DNA of 37,297 bases from NCBI GenBank assembly GCA_026395105.1, contig JAPLZH010000005.1:1-37297 (forward strand), given 5' to 3'. The notes beneath the pieces were generated by a model that had not been told where the DNA came from, made no database searches, and worked only from the letters and a program-made list of their open reading frames with translations. This document shows, piece by piece, positions 16,365 to 26,468 of the stretch (its first letter is position 1; the number at the start of each line of letters is the position of its first letter). Source of the DNA: Candidatus Tayloriibacteriota bacterium (GTDB lineage: Bacteria > Patescibacteriota > Minisyncoccia > Phycocordibacterales > PALSA-1337). The position numbers were made by a program, and so were the translations under genes.

Positions 16365-17391
16365 TTGTTATAGAAAAGTTTATTACTGAAGAATTTTCGG
16401 CTTTTTGTAAGATATGCAAAGGGGTCGTGACTTCTGAATATATGGTAGATGCCCCACTCACACCAGACTTCGGTCTTAGAACGACGCTGTTTTTCCCCGC
16501 GAGCTCAGGATATTCTGTTCCGCCGATTAGCCAAATATAATTCATCTTACTCGTCAAAACGTCCTTTTTTGTGAAGTTGTAGGGTGTAGCTAAAACTTCT
16601 ATCTCATTATTCGTCATGGTATATGGAGAAGTAATGGCTTTATTCCAAAGCGTTCCGAAAAGAGGATTCTTTTCATAAAAGACGACCTGCGGATCTTCTG
16701 GTTCTAGATTTATTCCCATTTGCCCGACCATTTCATTCTCAGGAGAAACTACAGTTACGGTTATAAAAGCAGATTTTTGTAAAACATCCCCAGGAAGAGA
16801 TAATCTCTGCTTCCCTCTTCCGGAATCATCCCCTAATACATTTGAATCTTTTTTCCATGTGTAAACTAAATCTTTCGGATTAAGGACTTTTCCACTCTTT
16901 GTCTTAAAATACGGCTGTGCTACTACATATACTGTACCCTGATATGTATAATGCGAAAGTCCTTTATAAAGAGGTGGAACATAGCCATCTGTTTCCCAAA
17001 GAAGGTCTATTTGTGTCGGATTTATGGAGAGTGTTTTTGAAATAATATCACCCGCTGTGCTTTTAATAAGAGCCTTAATTTCTGTCGTCGTTCCCGTATT
17101 ACCGAGAGTCACATTTATAGTTTTTAGTCCGACAGCTTTACTGACGACTTTTTCATTAACGAGCCATGTTATCTCAGAACTGTCTAAGTCCACATTATGA
17201 CTGTCTATAGTTATATCAACCTTACTATTCGGGGTGGGATATGCAGGGTTAGATATCATCTCTATATTTCCTTTAACATAGGCCGGAAGAACACCGCCGA
17301 CTGTTAGCTGGGCGGATGCGTATGAATAAAGGAAAAAGAAAGAAAATATAATAACTGTAGAGAAAAATGTGGCGCGAAATGTTTGCCTCAT
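16348..17391 (-). CDS. Secreted beta-rich protein with tandem Ig/PKD-like domains
   Basis: Signal peptide (ASA|Q); three repeats with I/Y-x-W motifs (ITWLVN, YTWKKD, YIWLIG). Confidence 0.7.
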   Translation of the reverse strand: MRQTFRATFFSTVIIFSFFFLYSYASAQLTVGGVLPAYVKGNIEMISNPAYPTPNSKVDITIDSHNVDLDSSEITWLVNEKVVSKAVGLKTINVTLGNTGTTTEIKALIKSTAGDIISKTLSINPTQIDLLWETDGYVPPLYKGLSHYTYQGTVYVVAQPYFKTKSGKVLNPKDLVYTWKKDSNVLGDDSGRGKQRLSLPGDVLQKSAFITVTVVSPENEMVGQMGINLEPEDPQVVFYEKNPLFGTLWNKAITSPYTMTNNEIEVLATPYNFTKKDVLTSKMNYIWLIGGTEYPELAGKNSVVLRPKSGVSGASTIYSEVTTPLHILQKAENSSVINFSITNENSN

Positions 17392-17421
17392 GACGCCTAT
17401 TTTAACATATTTATTAATAAC

Positions 17422-17970
17422 TTATCCAAGTTTTGAGGGGACAGCCATTTCATCAGACGGTTCCTGAGGGTTTTGTATATTCCCCCTCTTTAAACTTTTT
17501 ACAAAAGGGCTATTTTCTACGCCATATGATTTAAATTCTGGGGCGACGCGTGATCTTATCTGATCCACACTCATCGGCTTTTGAGGAATGGGGTTTCTCG
17601 TCTTTAGTCTTATGCTTTTAGCACCCGCTGGATTAATAGCTGCTACTACATTTATTCCAGTTTTATCTTCCACTCTGACCATGAAGAGAATGGCTAGCAT
17701 TGCGGCCGTATTAAAGGGAATTTCTTGTATTAATGGAATGATTTTCGCTATAACGTCTATAATCACGACAGCCACCCTTTTCCCGCTAATTATCCCGAGC
17801 CCTTTAAGGTAAAAATATATTCCGTAAATAACCGCAGCGACCACCTCTACTAGCCCGCCCACCACAGGCAGGAAAAAAGTGATTATGTCTAGAATAATCG
17901 CTGAAAGCACTAAAAAAACACTGGTTGTTGTACTTATTCTGTATTTCGTTTTGTCTTTTTGTTTATCCAT
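17422..17970 (-). CDS. Hypothetical membrane protein
   Basis: 3-4 hydrophobic segments; start overlaps the VirB4-like stop. Confidence 0.75.
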   Translation of the reverse strand: MDKQKDKTKYRISTTTSVFLVLSAIILDIITFFLPVVGGLVEVVAAVIYGIYFYLKGLGIISGKRVAVVIIDVIAKIIPLIQEIPFNTAAMLAILFMVRVEDKTGINVVAAINPAGAKSIRLKTRNPIPQKPMSVDQIRSRVAPEFKSYGVENSPFVKSLKRGNIQNPQEPSDEMAVPSKLG

Positions 17971-19777
17971 TTGCCGCTTCTAAATCTTTCTTTGCCTGCT
18001 TTATGGCTAGAACTTGCTGAGGGTTAGTAGTGATGATTTGATCCTCTGTGTATGAAGCCATAACTTTTAAGGCTACATGCTTCATTCCGACGAAGAATAT
18101 TCCCTCCCCCACATCTGATTCTAAGAGTAAATACTTTTCTTCATCAGTGAGGTTAAATGTTTGCTGAATTTTATCTATGGAAGACGGAGACTGTTTCAAA
18201 AGAATTTGAATAGAAGAGTTCGTGATAATCGGCAAACCGTAAGGAGAGTTTAAAAAGTCATCCACGTCCTGGGTGATCGTCGCTAATCCTAAATAATATT
18301 TTCTTCCACGCTTTGCTAAGCTGAGTAAAAATGATGCGGTGTCTTCTGATTTCATCATAAACCAAGCCTCATCTATTACTAGCAGGCGCTTCTTTAAATT
18401 CTTTCGTACAGCGCTCCAAATATGGTGTGTGACTATGTACATAGCCACAGGTTTTAATTCCTCCTCCATATCTCGAAGGGAGAAAACCACGAATTTTTTA
18501 TCTATATCCACATTCGTCGGTCTATTTATGAATCCAGACCAAGTACCCCTCGTGTATTTAGAAAGTCTCTGAACGAGTGAATCTCCTCCATCCATTCCGG
18601 CTAAAACTAATTCGAAGTCAGATAATAGAGGTGGCTCTGTATTTGAGAAATCTGATTCCGGCGTGATGTCTTTAAGGGCATATGTTTCTGAAATAGCACG
18701 GTCGACTATAGCGTCCTCTGTTTGAGAAAGTCCACCTAACATTATTCGGAAAAGCCCGACGAGGCTCACTATATGTGATCTTAAAACATCTGCCCTAGAT
18801 TCATCTTCTCTAGCGGCGGGCAGATCGAATGGATTAATGTGATGCTCCGAAGCGAGTGATATATTAAAGTACTTCCCTCCTGTAGCCTCGGCCATATATT
18901 CATATTCTTTTTCTGGGTCGATTACTATAACATCTGTATCGAACATGAGCGTGCGTAGAATTTCTAGCTTCGTGGCATAAGATTTTCCAGAACCCGCTTT
19001 TGCAAAAGTGACGGAGTTATAGTTTTCTAGAAGGAATCTATCGAAAAGCACTAGGCTAGAATTATGTCTATTTACTCCATAAAGAATTCCCTTATCTGAC
19101 GTGAGGTCAAATGATACGAATGGGAAAAGGCTAGAAAGAGGCGAAGAATTAAGCTTAGAATGCACCATTAATTCATCATTCGCGAGAGGAAGAATGCTCT
19201 TATAGCCCTGTTCCTGCTGGAACAGGGCGGGTTTTATATATATTAATTTCGACTCCAAAATAGACTTTATTTCCGACTCTATTTTATCTAATTCATTTTC
19301 AGTATTTCCGTATATTGTAATGTATACACCGACATCGAATATCTTTTCCTGGGCCTGCATTAACTGATCTCTTAAGCCTTCTAGGTCCTGATAAGCCGTG
19401 TCTAGAACTGGATCACGCACGAGCCCCTTCTCTTCCCTAGACTGTATCTGGCTTTGCACTTCAGCTACTTTTTTCTGGAAGTGGCGGAGAATTTTCGCTG
19501 TGTCTATGGGGTGAACGAATATGGAAATATTAAAAACTTTGTCCAGATTAATGATGGGTGCGAACCAGCTGTCAGTAAGAAAGCGAGGATAAGAGATGAC
19601 GAAGAATGTTCGGGCCATCTTTTCTCCTAGATTTATTTCTTTCGGACTTATTTTAAGAGCTGATGGGGCGATGATATCTTTTAGCTCTAAAACTCCAGCC
19701 TCATAAATTTCCTGAGGAAGAAGTGATGTTATTTGTGGCGCTTTATTCCCGCCGAATAATTTTGAAAAAATTCCCAT
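17963..19777 (-). CDS. virB4: VirB4/TraC-like secretion ATPase
   Basis: Walker A AKAGSGKS, VIDPEKEY, INPFD, Walker B LLVIDEAW, KRGRKY, ITQDV.D; adjacent to a PrgI-like gene. Confidence 0.88.
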   Translation of the reverse strand: MGIFSKLFGGNKAPQITSLLPQEIYEAGVLELKDIIAPSALKISPKEINLGEKMARTFFVISYPRFLTDSWFAPIINLDKVFNISIFVHPIDTAKILRHFQKKVAEVQSQIQSREEKGLVRDPVLDTAYQDLEGLRDQLMQAQEKIFDVGVYITIYGNTENELDKIESEIKSILESKLIYIKPALFQQEQGYKSILPLANDELMVHSKLNSSPLSSLFPFVSFDLTSDKGILYGVNRHNSSLVLFDRFLLENYNSVTFAKAGSGKSYATKLEILRTLMFDTDVIVIDPEKEYEYMAEATGGKYFNISLASEHHINPFDLPAAREDESRADVLRSHIVSLVGLFRIMLGGLSQTEDAIVDRAISETYALKDITPESDFSNTEPPLLSDFELVLAGMDGGDSLVQRLSKYTRGTWSGFINRPTNVDIDKKFVVFSLRDMEEELKPVAMYIVTHHIWSAVRKNLKKRLLVIDEAWFMMKSEDTASFLLSLAKRGRKYYLGLATITQDVDDFLNSPYGLPIITNSSIQILLKQSPSSIDKIQQTFNLTDEEKYLLLESDVGEGIFFVGMKHVALKVMASYTEDQIITTNPQQVLAIKQAKKDLEAANG

Positions 19778-19781
19778 AATT

Positions 19782-20414
19782 TTATGTTATTTGAATCGGC
19801 TTTTCCACATCCCCTGGATTAAATATCTTATAAAACAGCTCGACGATTTCCTCAGTACCTAGCGGAACGACTCTGATTCCTGAGCGAATAAGTCCCTGCT
19901 CCACCACACTCACCCTCTGGTCTAGCTGACTTCTATTTTCTTCGAAGTCTTCCGTCTTTGATACCGCAGAATCTCTTCTATTTAAAATATTCGTGATCGG
20001 ATTTCCTTTTGTCTTAATGAGAGTCGGAGAATATGGAATGACTATAAAGAAACTCTTATTCATAATATTCGTCTGCTCAGTGAAAGTGCGAATAAATTCT
20101 ATATATTCCCTCGTCTGTATTTTCATAAGTTCACTTAGCTGTTCTTTGTATCTATCCTCTAAAAGATTAAGATAGGGCCTGATATCTAGGCGCTTTGACT
20201 GTATGAAAAACTGAACTGAGAAATCCAGAGAGTTTAAAAAGTTCTGAAACTGCATGATGATAGCGTTCTGTTCATCTCCTGATTTTAAGGCAAAGTTAAG
20301 GGAGGAGGCCATGATGATAGCGCGCATTCCCCCGTCTTTAAGTATAACGACGCCGTCACGGACTTCTTTGATGGGGACGAAATCTTGAGTTGTGTTTTGT
20401 GAAGGAGCTAACAT
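19782..20414 (-). CDS. TraC/VirB4 N-terminal-like accessory protein
   Basis: NFALKS..EQ.AI...FQNFLNSLDF.VQ; lies between prgI-like and virB4 as in monoderm-type T4SS loci. Confidence 0.7.
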   Translation of the reverse strand: MLAPSQNTTQDFVPIKEVRDGVVILKDGGMRAIIMASSLNFALKSGDEQNAIIMQFQNFLNSLDFSVQFFIQSKRLDIRPYLNLLEDRYKEQLSELMKIQTREYIEFIRTFTEQTNIMNKSFFIVIPYSPTLIKTKGNPITNILNRRDSAVSKTEDFEENRSQLDQRVSVVEQGLIRSGIRVVPLGTEEIVELFYKIFNPGDVEKPIQIT

Positions 20415-20860
20415 TATCTTTGATTTTTATTTGAATAAATACTTTCGTGAATATCTAGGCTCCACGCTAAATCTTTTAATTTACTTTCAGAAAGTTTCGG
20501 CACAGATAGTCTGGTTAGGGCGCTAGCATCTTCTTTCATTTCGGCATTTGTTTTTTTACCTAATTCTTTTGCAGTCAGTTCAGTCTTTTTCCACAGATAA
20601 AGTTTTTTATGAATGGCGTAAGTAAAAGCAGATTCTACCATATTTATAAAAGGCTTATTATTTACTTTATAGAAAGACAGAGCTAGAACAAAGGCCACCA
20701 CGACTAATATGATTGGGATGGCGAGCATTGTATACGGAATAACGCGGTAAATTATAAAGGAAAGACCGGCCCCACCAGCAATGTATACGAACTGCTTTAG
20801 TGTGAATGGGCCGAAGATTTTATCTTCAACTTCTATGAACTGAGGGACTTGAAAGTTCAT
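20414..20860 (-). CDS. PrgI-family (VirB3-like) membrane protein
   Basis: FQVPQFIEVEDKIFGPFTLKQF followed by two TM helices. Confidence 0.85.
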   Translation of the reverse strand: MNFQVPQFIEVEDKIFGPFTLKQFVYIAGGAGLSFIIYRVIPYTMLAIPIILVVVAFVLALSFYKVNNKPFINMVESAFTYAIHKKLYLWKKTELTAKELGKKTNAEMKEDASALTRLSVPKLSESKLKDLAWSLDIHESIYSNKNQR

Positions 20861-20874
20861 GCGTATATTTTACG

Positions 20875-21396
20875 CTATTTTATCGGTTCACGGTAGGGGT
20901 CAGACGTGTATGAATTCTGTGGAGGAGGAACATCTATCTTTTTCACTGTAGTTAGGGTGCCCTGAAGGCCCTGATCGAGGAGATTTGGGACATTTGGGAC
21001 GGATGAGAGGGTGGAAGATGTGGTGGGTGCCGACGGAATTACCAGGGAAGATTCCTGTGTTGTTTGTGGGGATGTGTTTATTTGTGCTGGATTTTCATTA
21101 GTATTTTGATTTTCTAGACTAGAGCGCATCTTTTCCCTAAGAGGCATGAGAACTTCGGTGTTAAATGTATTTACGAGCTCCCCCGCTAGTTTTTCGTCTA
21201 TTTCTAAATTACCTGCGACCTCTCCGATTAGACGATCCCTTTTAATATTTCCAAAAAGAAAAGATTTGACGATACCGACGAACTGCCCCACCTGATCTAT
21301 GTGTAAGGAATACTTTGTAGGAATAGATGCTATCTTATCATCGAAATCTACAGAGTTAATATATTCTTTTATTTCTGGTGAGATATTATTTTCCAT
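20875..21396 (-). CDS. Hypothetical protein (helical N-domain, disordered linker, C-terminal DPYREP motif)
   Basis: ORF co-oriented within the cluster. Confidence 0.75.
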   Translation of the reverse strand: MENNISPEIKEYINSVDFDDKIASIPTKYSLHIDQVGQFVGIVKSFLFGNIKRDRLIGEVAGNLEIDEKLAGELVNTFNTEVLMPLREKMRSSLENQNTNENPAQINTSPQTTQESSLVIPSAPTTSSTLSSVPNVPNLLDQGLQGTLTTVKKIDVPPPQNSYTSDPYREPIK

Positions 21397-21445
21397 TTTT
21401 TATATTTTAACTACTACTTGTGCTTGTTACTGCCACCTTTGGTTC

Positions 21446-23476
21446 TTATGGTAAATTGAAATCTTTTCTATTCTTGTTTATATATGCACCAGCTGACGGG
21501 CCCTTTCCTGCTTTATGTTCGGATAGTATTTTTTTGGCCAGTGCAGTCGTCAATTTTACATTAGTATTATTTTCTTGGAGTTTCTTAATCTGAGATCCTG
21601 TAAGAATATTTGCCGCCTCCGTACCCATCAAAGCACTCTTATCTATATTTTCTTCATTACCTTTTCCTGCACTAGCTTCGTGGATTGCCATTAGGTCTTC
21701 TGTATCAAGCTTGGTGAAGTTACTCTTTGTTTTACTATCCATATGCTCCTTTTCTCCCAAAGCTTTTACAAAGCCATTATGCCTTGCTCCTATTAATTTA
21801 TCATAATCCTCCTGCTTAACTTCACCGGCCTGTAACTTCTTTTCTACCGCATCATAATAAGACTGAGGTAACATAGCAGCGATGGTCTCACCCTTCTCCT
21901 TATTTTCTTTGAGAATGTCTTTTACACCGATATTCTGTATTTCTGCAGGGGACATTTTATTAAGTTTGTCAGCAAGATCATTTTTTGACTCAGCGCTATC
22001 TTTATTAAACTTTTTAAGTGATTCGCCTAGGGCTGCTTCATTTGATAATTCAATTCCTTTTTTAGCAATGTCTTTTGATGTTTTTGATTCGCTTTCAGCT
22101 AATTTTCCTAGAGTGCTACCCTGAATTGCCTGTGTTGTCATGGCCCTAAATGCACGGCCCGTTCTACTATTACCAAGCGCGGTATTTCCCCACTTCTTGT
22201 CTGTTGCCTCTACGCTTTTTCCGAACTTCTCGACTGCCCACCTACCACCCATCTGGTAAGCTCCTGCCTTCGCCATACTCCACGGATTAAGTTTGTCCTG
22301 TGCCCAGCCGGTTCCTTTTTCTGCCCAGGAGGTAACGGCTTTCGCCCCTTCTATTCCAGAATCCTTCGCTGCTTTTAATGCGGCTAAGAATAATGATAAA
22401 AGTATGAAGTAGTTTATGAGTATTCCGATAGCGCTCTGCCCAGGATTCGCGAGGAAACTTCCGAAAGTACTTACTGCCTGCTGGCTAGCTAAAGCGCTAG
22501 TCGCCCCGGAAGATGCGGAGATGGTATTTGCTATATGTGCTATTTCTGATTCTGTGGCATTCGCTGACGGCTCTAATATTTTAAGGGCTATGTAGATAAT
22601 AGCTAAGAATATAGGTGCAAAAGTGGCCTGAGAGATAAACTGCTTCCAGTATTTTCCACCTTCTGATCCTAAATGATCACTGAGAACTGGTATTTTAATG
22701 AAGGAAAAGGCAAAGAGAGGAGATATGGCGAGGAATATTATGAGCTGTATCGTTCGGAGTAACATGAGCACAGCACCAGCAGCGAAAACTATTCCCGCGA
22801 CGACCATTATTATTCCAGAGACAGCAGCCTGTACGAAAAATGTAATAGGGTTCGCTAATTTATCCTTCGTAATTCCTTTGTACACTGACGGAAGCTTCAT
22901 TCCATTCATGAATACATCAGAGAGGCCACCGTCTAGTCCTGCGGAGCTACCCAGACTAACTTCTGCTGTCCTGTCCGGAATTATCGCATCATAGATACCG
23001 ATAGCCACCACATTCGTAGCATCGATAATAGTCTTTGTTATAAATAAACTGAAGTTTATAAATAATCCGGCGAAGACTATGCTTACCACTAACTTTTTTA
23101 CGCTTGATGAATCACCCTTCCCTACTATTGTGGCTATAGAAACATAGAGTAGGATGAAAATAAAGAATATGCTTGAAAAATCTCTAAGCACAGTCCAGAC
23201 TACATTAATTCCTGGAACACCAGCGACGATCTTTGATATTTGTAAAGTTAGAGAAATCGCTACGTTTAAGGCTAAACCTCCGACGACCACAGTGTATGAG
23301 CAAATGGTTTGGAATGCGCTACCGAGTACGTATAAGATTTGATCAACGACAAAGATGAAACCATCCGCCACTAAACCTCCTCCATTTTGTGCAAAGGAAA
23401 TGTGTGGCAAAAGTAAAGCTGAAAGAGCTGTTATGCTAAGGAGTGTGAAGAGTTTTGTGGTTAGTCTCTTTTTCAT
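21446..23476 (-). CDS. VirB6/TrbL-like polytopic membrane protein with a hydrophilic C-terminal tail
   Basis: Many TM segments with W..LRD, LFINFSLFITK..ID..N, LR.I.L....SP, .W..F..Q...AP; context. Confidence 0.7.
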   Translation of the reverse strand: MKKRLTTKLFTLLSITALSALLLPHISFAQNGGGLVADGFIFVVDQILYVLGSAFQTICSYTVVVGGLALNVAISLTLQISKIVAGVPGINVVWTVLRDFSSIFFIFILLYVSIATIVGKGDSSSVKKLVVSIVFAGLFINFSLFITKTIIDATNVVAIGIYDAIIPDRTAEVSLGSSAGLDGGLSDVFMNGMKLPSVYKGITKDKLANPITFFVQAAVSGIIMVVAGIVFAAGAVLMLLRTIQLIIFLAISPLFAFSFIKIPVLSDHLGSEGGKYWKQFISQATFAPIFLAIIYIALKILEPSANATESEIAHIANTISASSGATSALASQQAVSTFGSFLANPGQSAIGILINYFILLSLFLAALKAAKDSGIEGAKAVTSWAEKGTGWAQDKLNPWSMAKAGAYQMGGRWAVEKFGKSVEATDKKWGNTALGNSRTGRAFRAMTTQAIQGSTLGKLAESESKTSKDIAKKGIELSNEAALGESLKKFNKDSAESKNDLADKLNKMSPAEIQNIGVKDILKENKEKGETIAAMLPQSYYDAVEKKLQAGEVKQEDYDKLIGARHNGFVKALGEKEHMDSKTKSNFTKLDTEDLMAIHEASAGKGNEENIDKSALMGTEAANILTGSQIKKLQENNTNVKLTTALAKKILSEHKAGKGPSAGAYINKNRKDFNLP

Positions 23477-23492
23477 TAGTTATATAAGTATA

Positions 23493-25088
23493 CTATAGTC
23501 CGCTCGGAATATAATGTGGGAATTGTTGACATTCGATTAACATCTGCGAAGCCTTTGCTCTAACTGGTATCATTTTTTGTTCTATTCTAGCTCGCTCGGT
23601 CTGAGATACTGTAACATCCTGAGCCTTATGTAGAAGTGTAGAGTTTAGAATATCTAGGTCTATTAAGGAGCTAGAAATGTCGCTTATAACAGTAGCAGAT
23701 TCTATCTTTAATTTAATAGCCCCGAGTTCCTTTAGATTACTGTCAGAAGCATTCGTCTTTTTATTTAATGAAGGAAGCTCAGGGGAAACTTCACTCTTAA
23801 TAAGATTATCCGCTCTCGTTATTTGCTGATTAGCAATGTTTACTTCGGAAGAACTTAATAATCCAGAATTTATTTTATCCACATAGCACCTCTCGACTGT
23901 ATTAAGTGAATCTACGGCAGTCATGGCTGTAGAAAGTGCGTATTTATAATTATCATTATAAGAAGACTCTACGTTTATTAATCCGCCGATCTGACTTAAT
24001 GCTGTAGTTTTATTATCTGCTAACTGAGCATCATTTTGTAATTTCTCTAGATTAGCTCCCTCTCCGCTAAAGTATGAAGATTTATCTCCAGAACCACTTC
24101 CTGATAATGCCCTTACTCCTGATGTAATAGCCTTTTGCATTAACTGAGCGACGAGTGCATTAATCACTTCATCGAATGCGTCGGCTAATTCTAGCTGTCT
24201 TACTCCGCTTCCTAAGCTAGTTTCGAGTGATGAGCTTATAACAGATCCCGGAGTCTGAACCTCACACTTCTCTTCAGTGCTCGTCATAGAATTAGTGGTC
24301 GAATCATATTCTGGCATAGCGGCGAGGTCTTCCTGAGATACTCCACTCGGCGGAGCAGAGGAGGTGGGAATTTTTTTACATGCACTCCACGATAGGAAAC
24401 CTTTTCCCTGCCCTAATTCATCTCTCTTTAACTCAGTTTTTTTACCGAGCCTGTAGTACAGTTCTGTATTTGCTTGAATATACGAGCCGTAAATATTATT
24501 CTGTGGGCTCTGCGTCATCGTTACAAAGGAATTCCAGCCACCGTTTTTACTAAAATCTCCGTTTAAGAATCCGCGCATAGCCTGTCCATTTATGGAAGCA
24601 TTCTTCACTGCATTTGTGGAGTTCTTAATAACATCATTTAGGGTACAGGAAATTCTTCTCTTAAAAGGAGAATATTTAAATGCTAGGGCTAATCTGATGT
24701 CTATTTGGAATGGACTGCATAGGAAATTTAAATCAGGGCTGCTTTCTATGAAGGTACCTATTATTTCTCCACTAGCATCTGCAAAGAAGCCTGCTGGGTC
24801 GGAGACGAAGGCTGGATTTCCTTTAAAGCCACCATTAATCCAGCTTACTATATCCTGAGTCATCGTCTTTATTAAAGTCTTCGCCGCCATAGTGCCTATA
24901 GCATTAAGAGACATAGGAGAACAAATGCCTAAAAAGGTAAATCCACATTCCTTTTTTCCAATTCCTCCAGATTCATTGGTCGGAACAGCCATCTGCGCAT
25001 TTACTGAAAGTAGCGGATAGAATAGTCCCCCGATCATACTTATCGTTATGGCAAAGGAGAAGAAAGTTTTTCTAAAATTATTAAGCAT
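23493..25088 (-). CDS. Secreted Cys-containing helical protein, possible VirB5/TrbJ analogue
   Basis: Signal peptide (VNA|Q) followed by AVPTNE; multiple Cys; coiled-coil C-terminus; immediately upstream of the VirB6-like gene. Confidence 0.6.
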   Translation of the reverse strand: MLNNFRKTFFSFAITISMIGGLFYPLLSVNAQMAVPTNESGGIGKKECGFTFLGICSPMSLNAIGTMAAKTLIKTMTQDIVSWINGGFKGNPAFVSDPAGFFADASGEIIGTFIESSPDLNFLCSPFQIDIRLALAFKYSPFKRRISCTLNDVIKNSTNAVKNASINGQAMRGFLNGDFSKNGGWNSFVTMTQSPQNNIYGSYIQANTELYYRLGKKTELKRDELGQGKGFLSWSACKKIPTSSAPPSGVSQEDLAAMPEYDSTTNSMTSTEEKCEVQTPGSVISSSLETSLGSGVRQLELADAFDEVINALVAQLMQKAITSGVRALSGSGSGDKSSYFSGEGANLEKLQNDAQLADNKTTALSQIGGLINVESSYNDNYKYALSTAMTAVDSLNTVERCYVDKINSGLLSSSEVNIANQQITRADNLIKSEVSPELPSLNKKTNASDSNLKELGAIKLKIESATVISDISSSLIDLDILNSTLLHKAQDVTVSQTERARIEQKMIPVRAKASQMLIECQQFPHYIPSGL

Positions 25089-25092
25089 AGAT

Positions 25093-25977
25093 TTATTTTG
25101 ACATCAAAAAATATCCTGGATCACTAGGAGTAAATTTTACACCCATTGAAATTATATAGCTAGAAATTCCACTTAATGCATTTTCCTGTGCCACTGTCGC
25201 ATCTTTATGACTGGCCATTCCCTGCAGGCTTCGCACTGGATCTTTCTCGGTGCTCGCTATAGCTAATAAAGATTCGGAACTTTTATATAATGCATTTAGG
25301 AAATCTGTATGAAGACTGATCAATGCCTTCGGTACAGTTATTTTAGAAAGTTCTACCGTTAAATTTTTATACATCATACCCACCTCATTCATCTGAATAT
25401 AAAAAGAAGAAGGGTTCTGATTTATCTGACTCTCCGTGGCCAATACCTGATTTTGTTTATATTTCTCAACGTATTTTAAATAGATAGTAGAAAGAGTGTT
25501 ACCATAAACTTTCAGATTTTCTGGTGTATTTTCTTCGGTCTGAATATCACTCATTTTATACTTTATCACATTAAACTGTGCTTCCTGATTAGCTAAAACC
25601 TCTTCGATTATAGCGTTCTGACTAGCCTTATCCCCCACCGTTCCATTTTGCTCTAATGTCATATATTTAGAGAAAAAGCTTTTTGAGAATGCGCTGGTAG
25701 CTGTTTCTTTTTCGGTGCTTGTGGCTGTCTTTTTGGTAGTCGAAAGCTTTTTACCGTCCGTAGTGGCGTCATCAGATGAATCCTGCCAAGTCTTAAATTC
25801 ATTAGGATTCCATGTACTCGTGCTGGAAACCGTAATCGGCGCGGAAACTTTAATATCCTGGGCTTTATAAGTAGCTAATGCCTTTCTGTTTCTGTATTCC
25901 ACCAAGAGAAATAGACCCCCGATAATAATCAAAGATAATGTGATTAATAAAAAGATTTTTGCGCTTGGTCTTTGCAC
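25093..25977 (-). CDS. Single-TM anchored hypothetical protein, first gene of the cluster
   Basis: GTG start, N-terminal TM, Ser/Thr linker, helical domain; TGcTATAAT upstream on the minus strand. Confidence 0.75.
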   Translation of the reverse strand: MQRPSAKIFLLITLSLIIIGGLFLLVEYRNRKALATYKAQDIKVSAPITVSSTSTWNPNEFKTWQDSSDDATTDGKKLSTTKKTATSTEKETATSAFSKSFFSKYMTLEQNGTVGDKASQNAIIEEVLANQEAQFNVIKYKMSDIQTEENTPENLKVYGNTLSTIYLKYVEKYKQNQVLATESQINQNPSSFYIQMNEVGMMYKNLTVELSKITVPKALISLHTDFLNALYKSSESLLAIASTEKDPVRSLQGMASHKDATVAQENALSGISSYIISMGVKFTPSDPGYFLMSK

Positions 25978-26062
25978 GATTTAAATCGTTTTCGAACAGG
26001 CTAATTATAGCAAATTATAATGAAACATTTATTATTTCTGTGGACAGGTGTATAATTTACCC

Positions 26063-26467
26063 ATGAATAAGAAAATTTTATCTATCTTTATACTCTCCCT
26101 AATAATTTTTTCCTCCTTTTTCTTATTTTCAAATAAGGTGGAGGCTGTGGGGATGCCTTTTGGTGGTTATGTAACAGTGATTATTCCTTGCACTTGTAAT
26201 GAAGAAACAGGAAATGAGTGGGTTTTTATGTCTCCATTGTATTTTTCTTCCACCCCAATAGCAGGTGGAGGATTGGTTTATCAGGCGCTCGGATCGATTC
26301 CATATGAATATTTTATTATTCCGCCTGTTCCCACGACTTGGCTTCTTGGCGATTTTATTCCAGGCGCAGGACTATGTATGGTGGGCAAAAAGCCTTATTG
26401 TTTCCCCCTTCCTTCTTATGGAAGGATCCAGTCTTACGGCTCTAGTATGCCGGGGGCTAGTATATAA
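26063..26467 (+). CDS. Small secreted Cys/Pro/Gly-rich protein
   Basis: Signal peptide (VEA|V), PFGG...PCTC, four Cys; TATAAT 6 nt before ATG 26063. Confidence 0.75.
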   Translation: MNKKILSIFILSLIIFSSFFLFSNKVEAVGMPFGGYVTVIIPCTCNEETGNEWVFMSPLYFSSTPIAGGGLVYQALGSIPYEYFIIPPVPTTWLLGDFIPGAGLCMVGKKPYCFPLPSYGRIQSYGSSMPGASI

Positions 26468-26468
26468 G

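Noticed and set aside
13811..25977. Integrative conjugative element or prophage
   Set aside because: No integrase, relaxase, coupling protein, att repeats or phage structural genes were seen.
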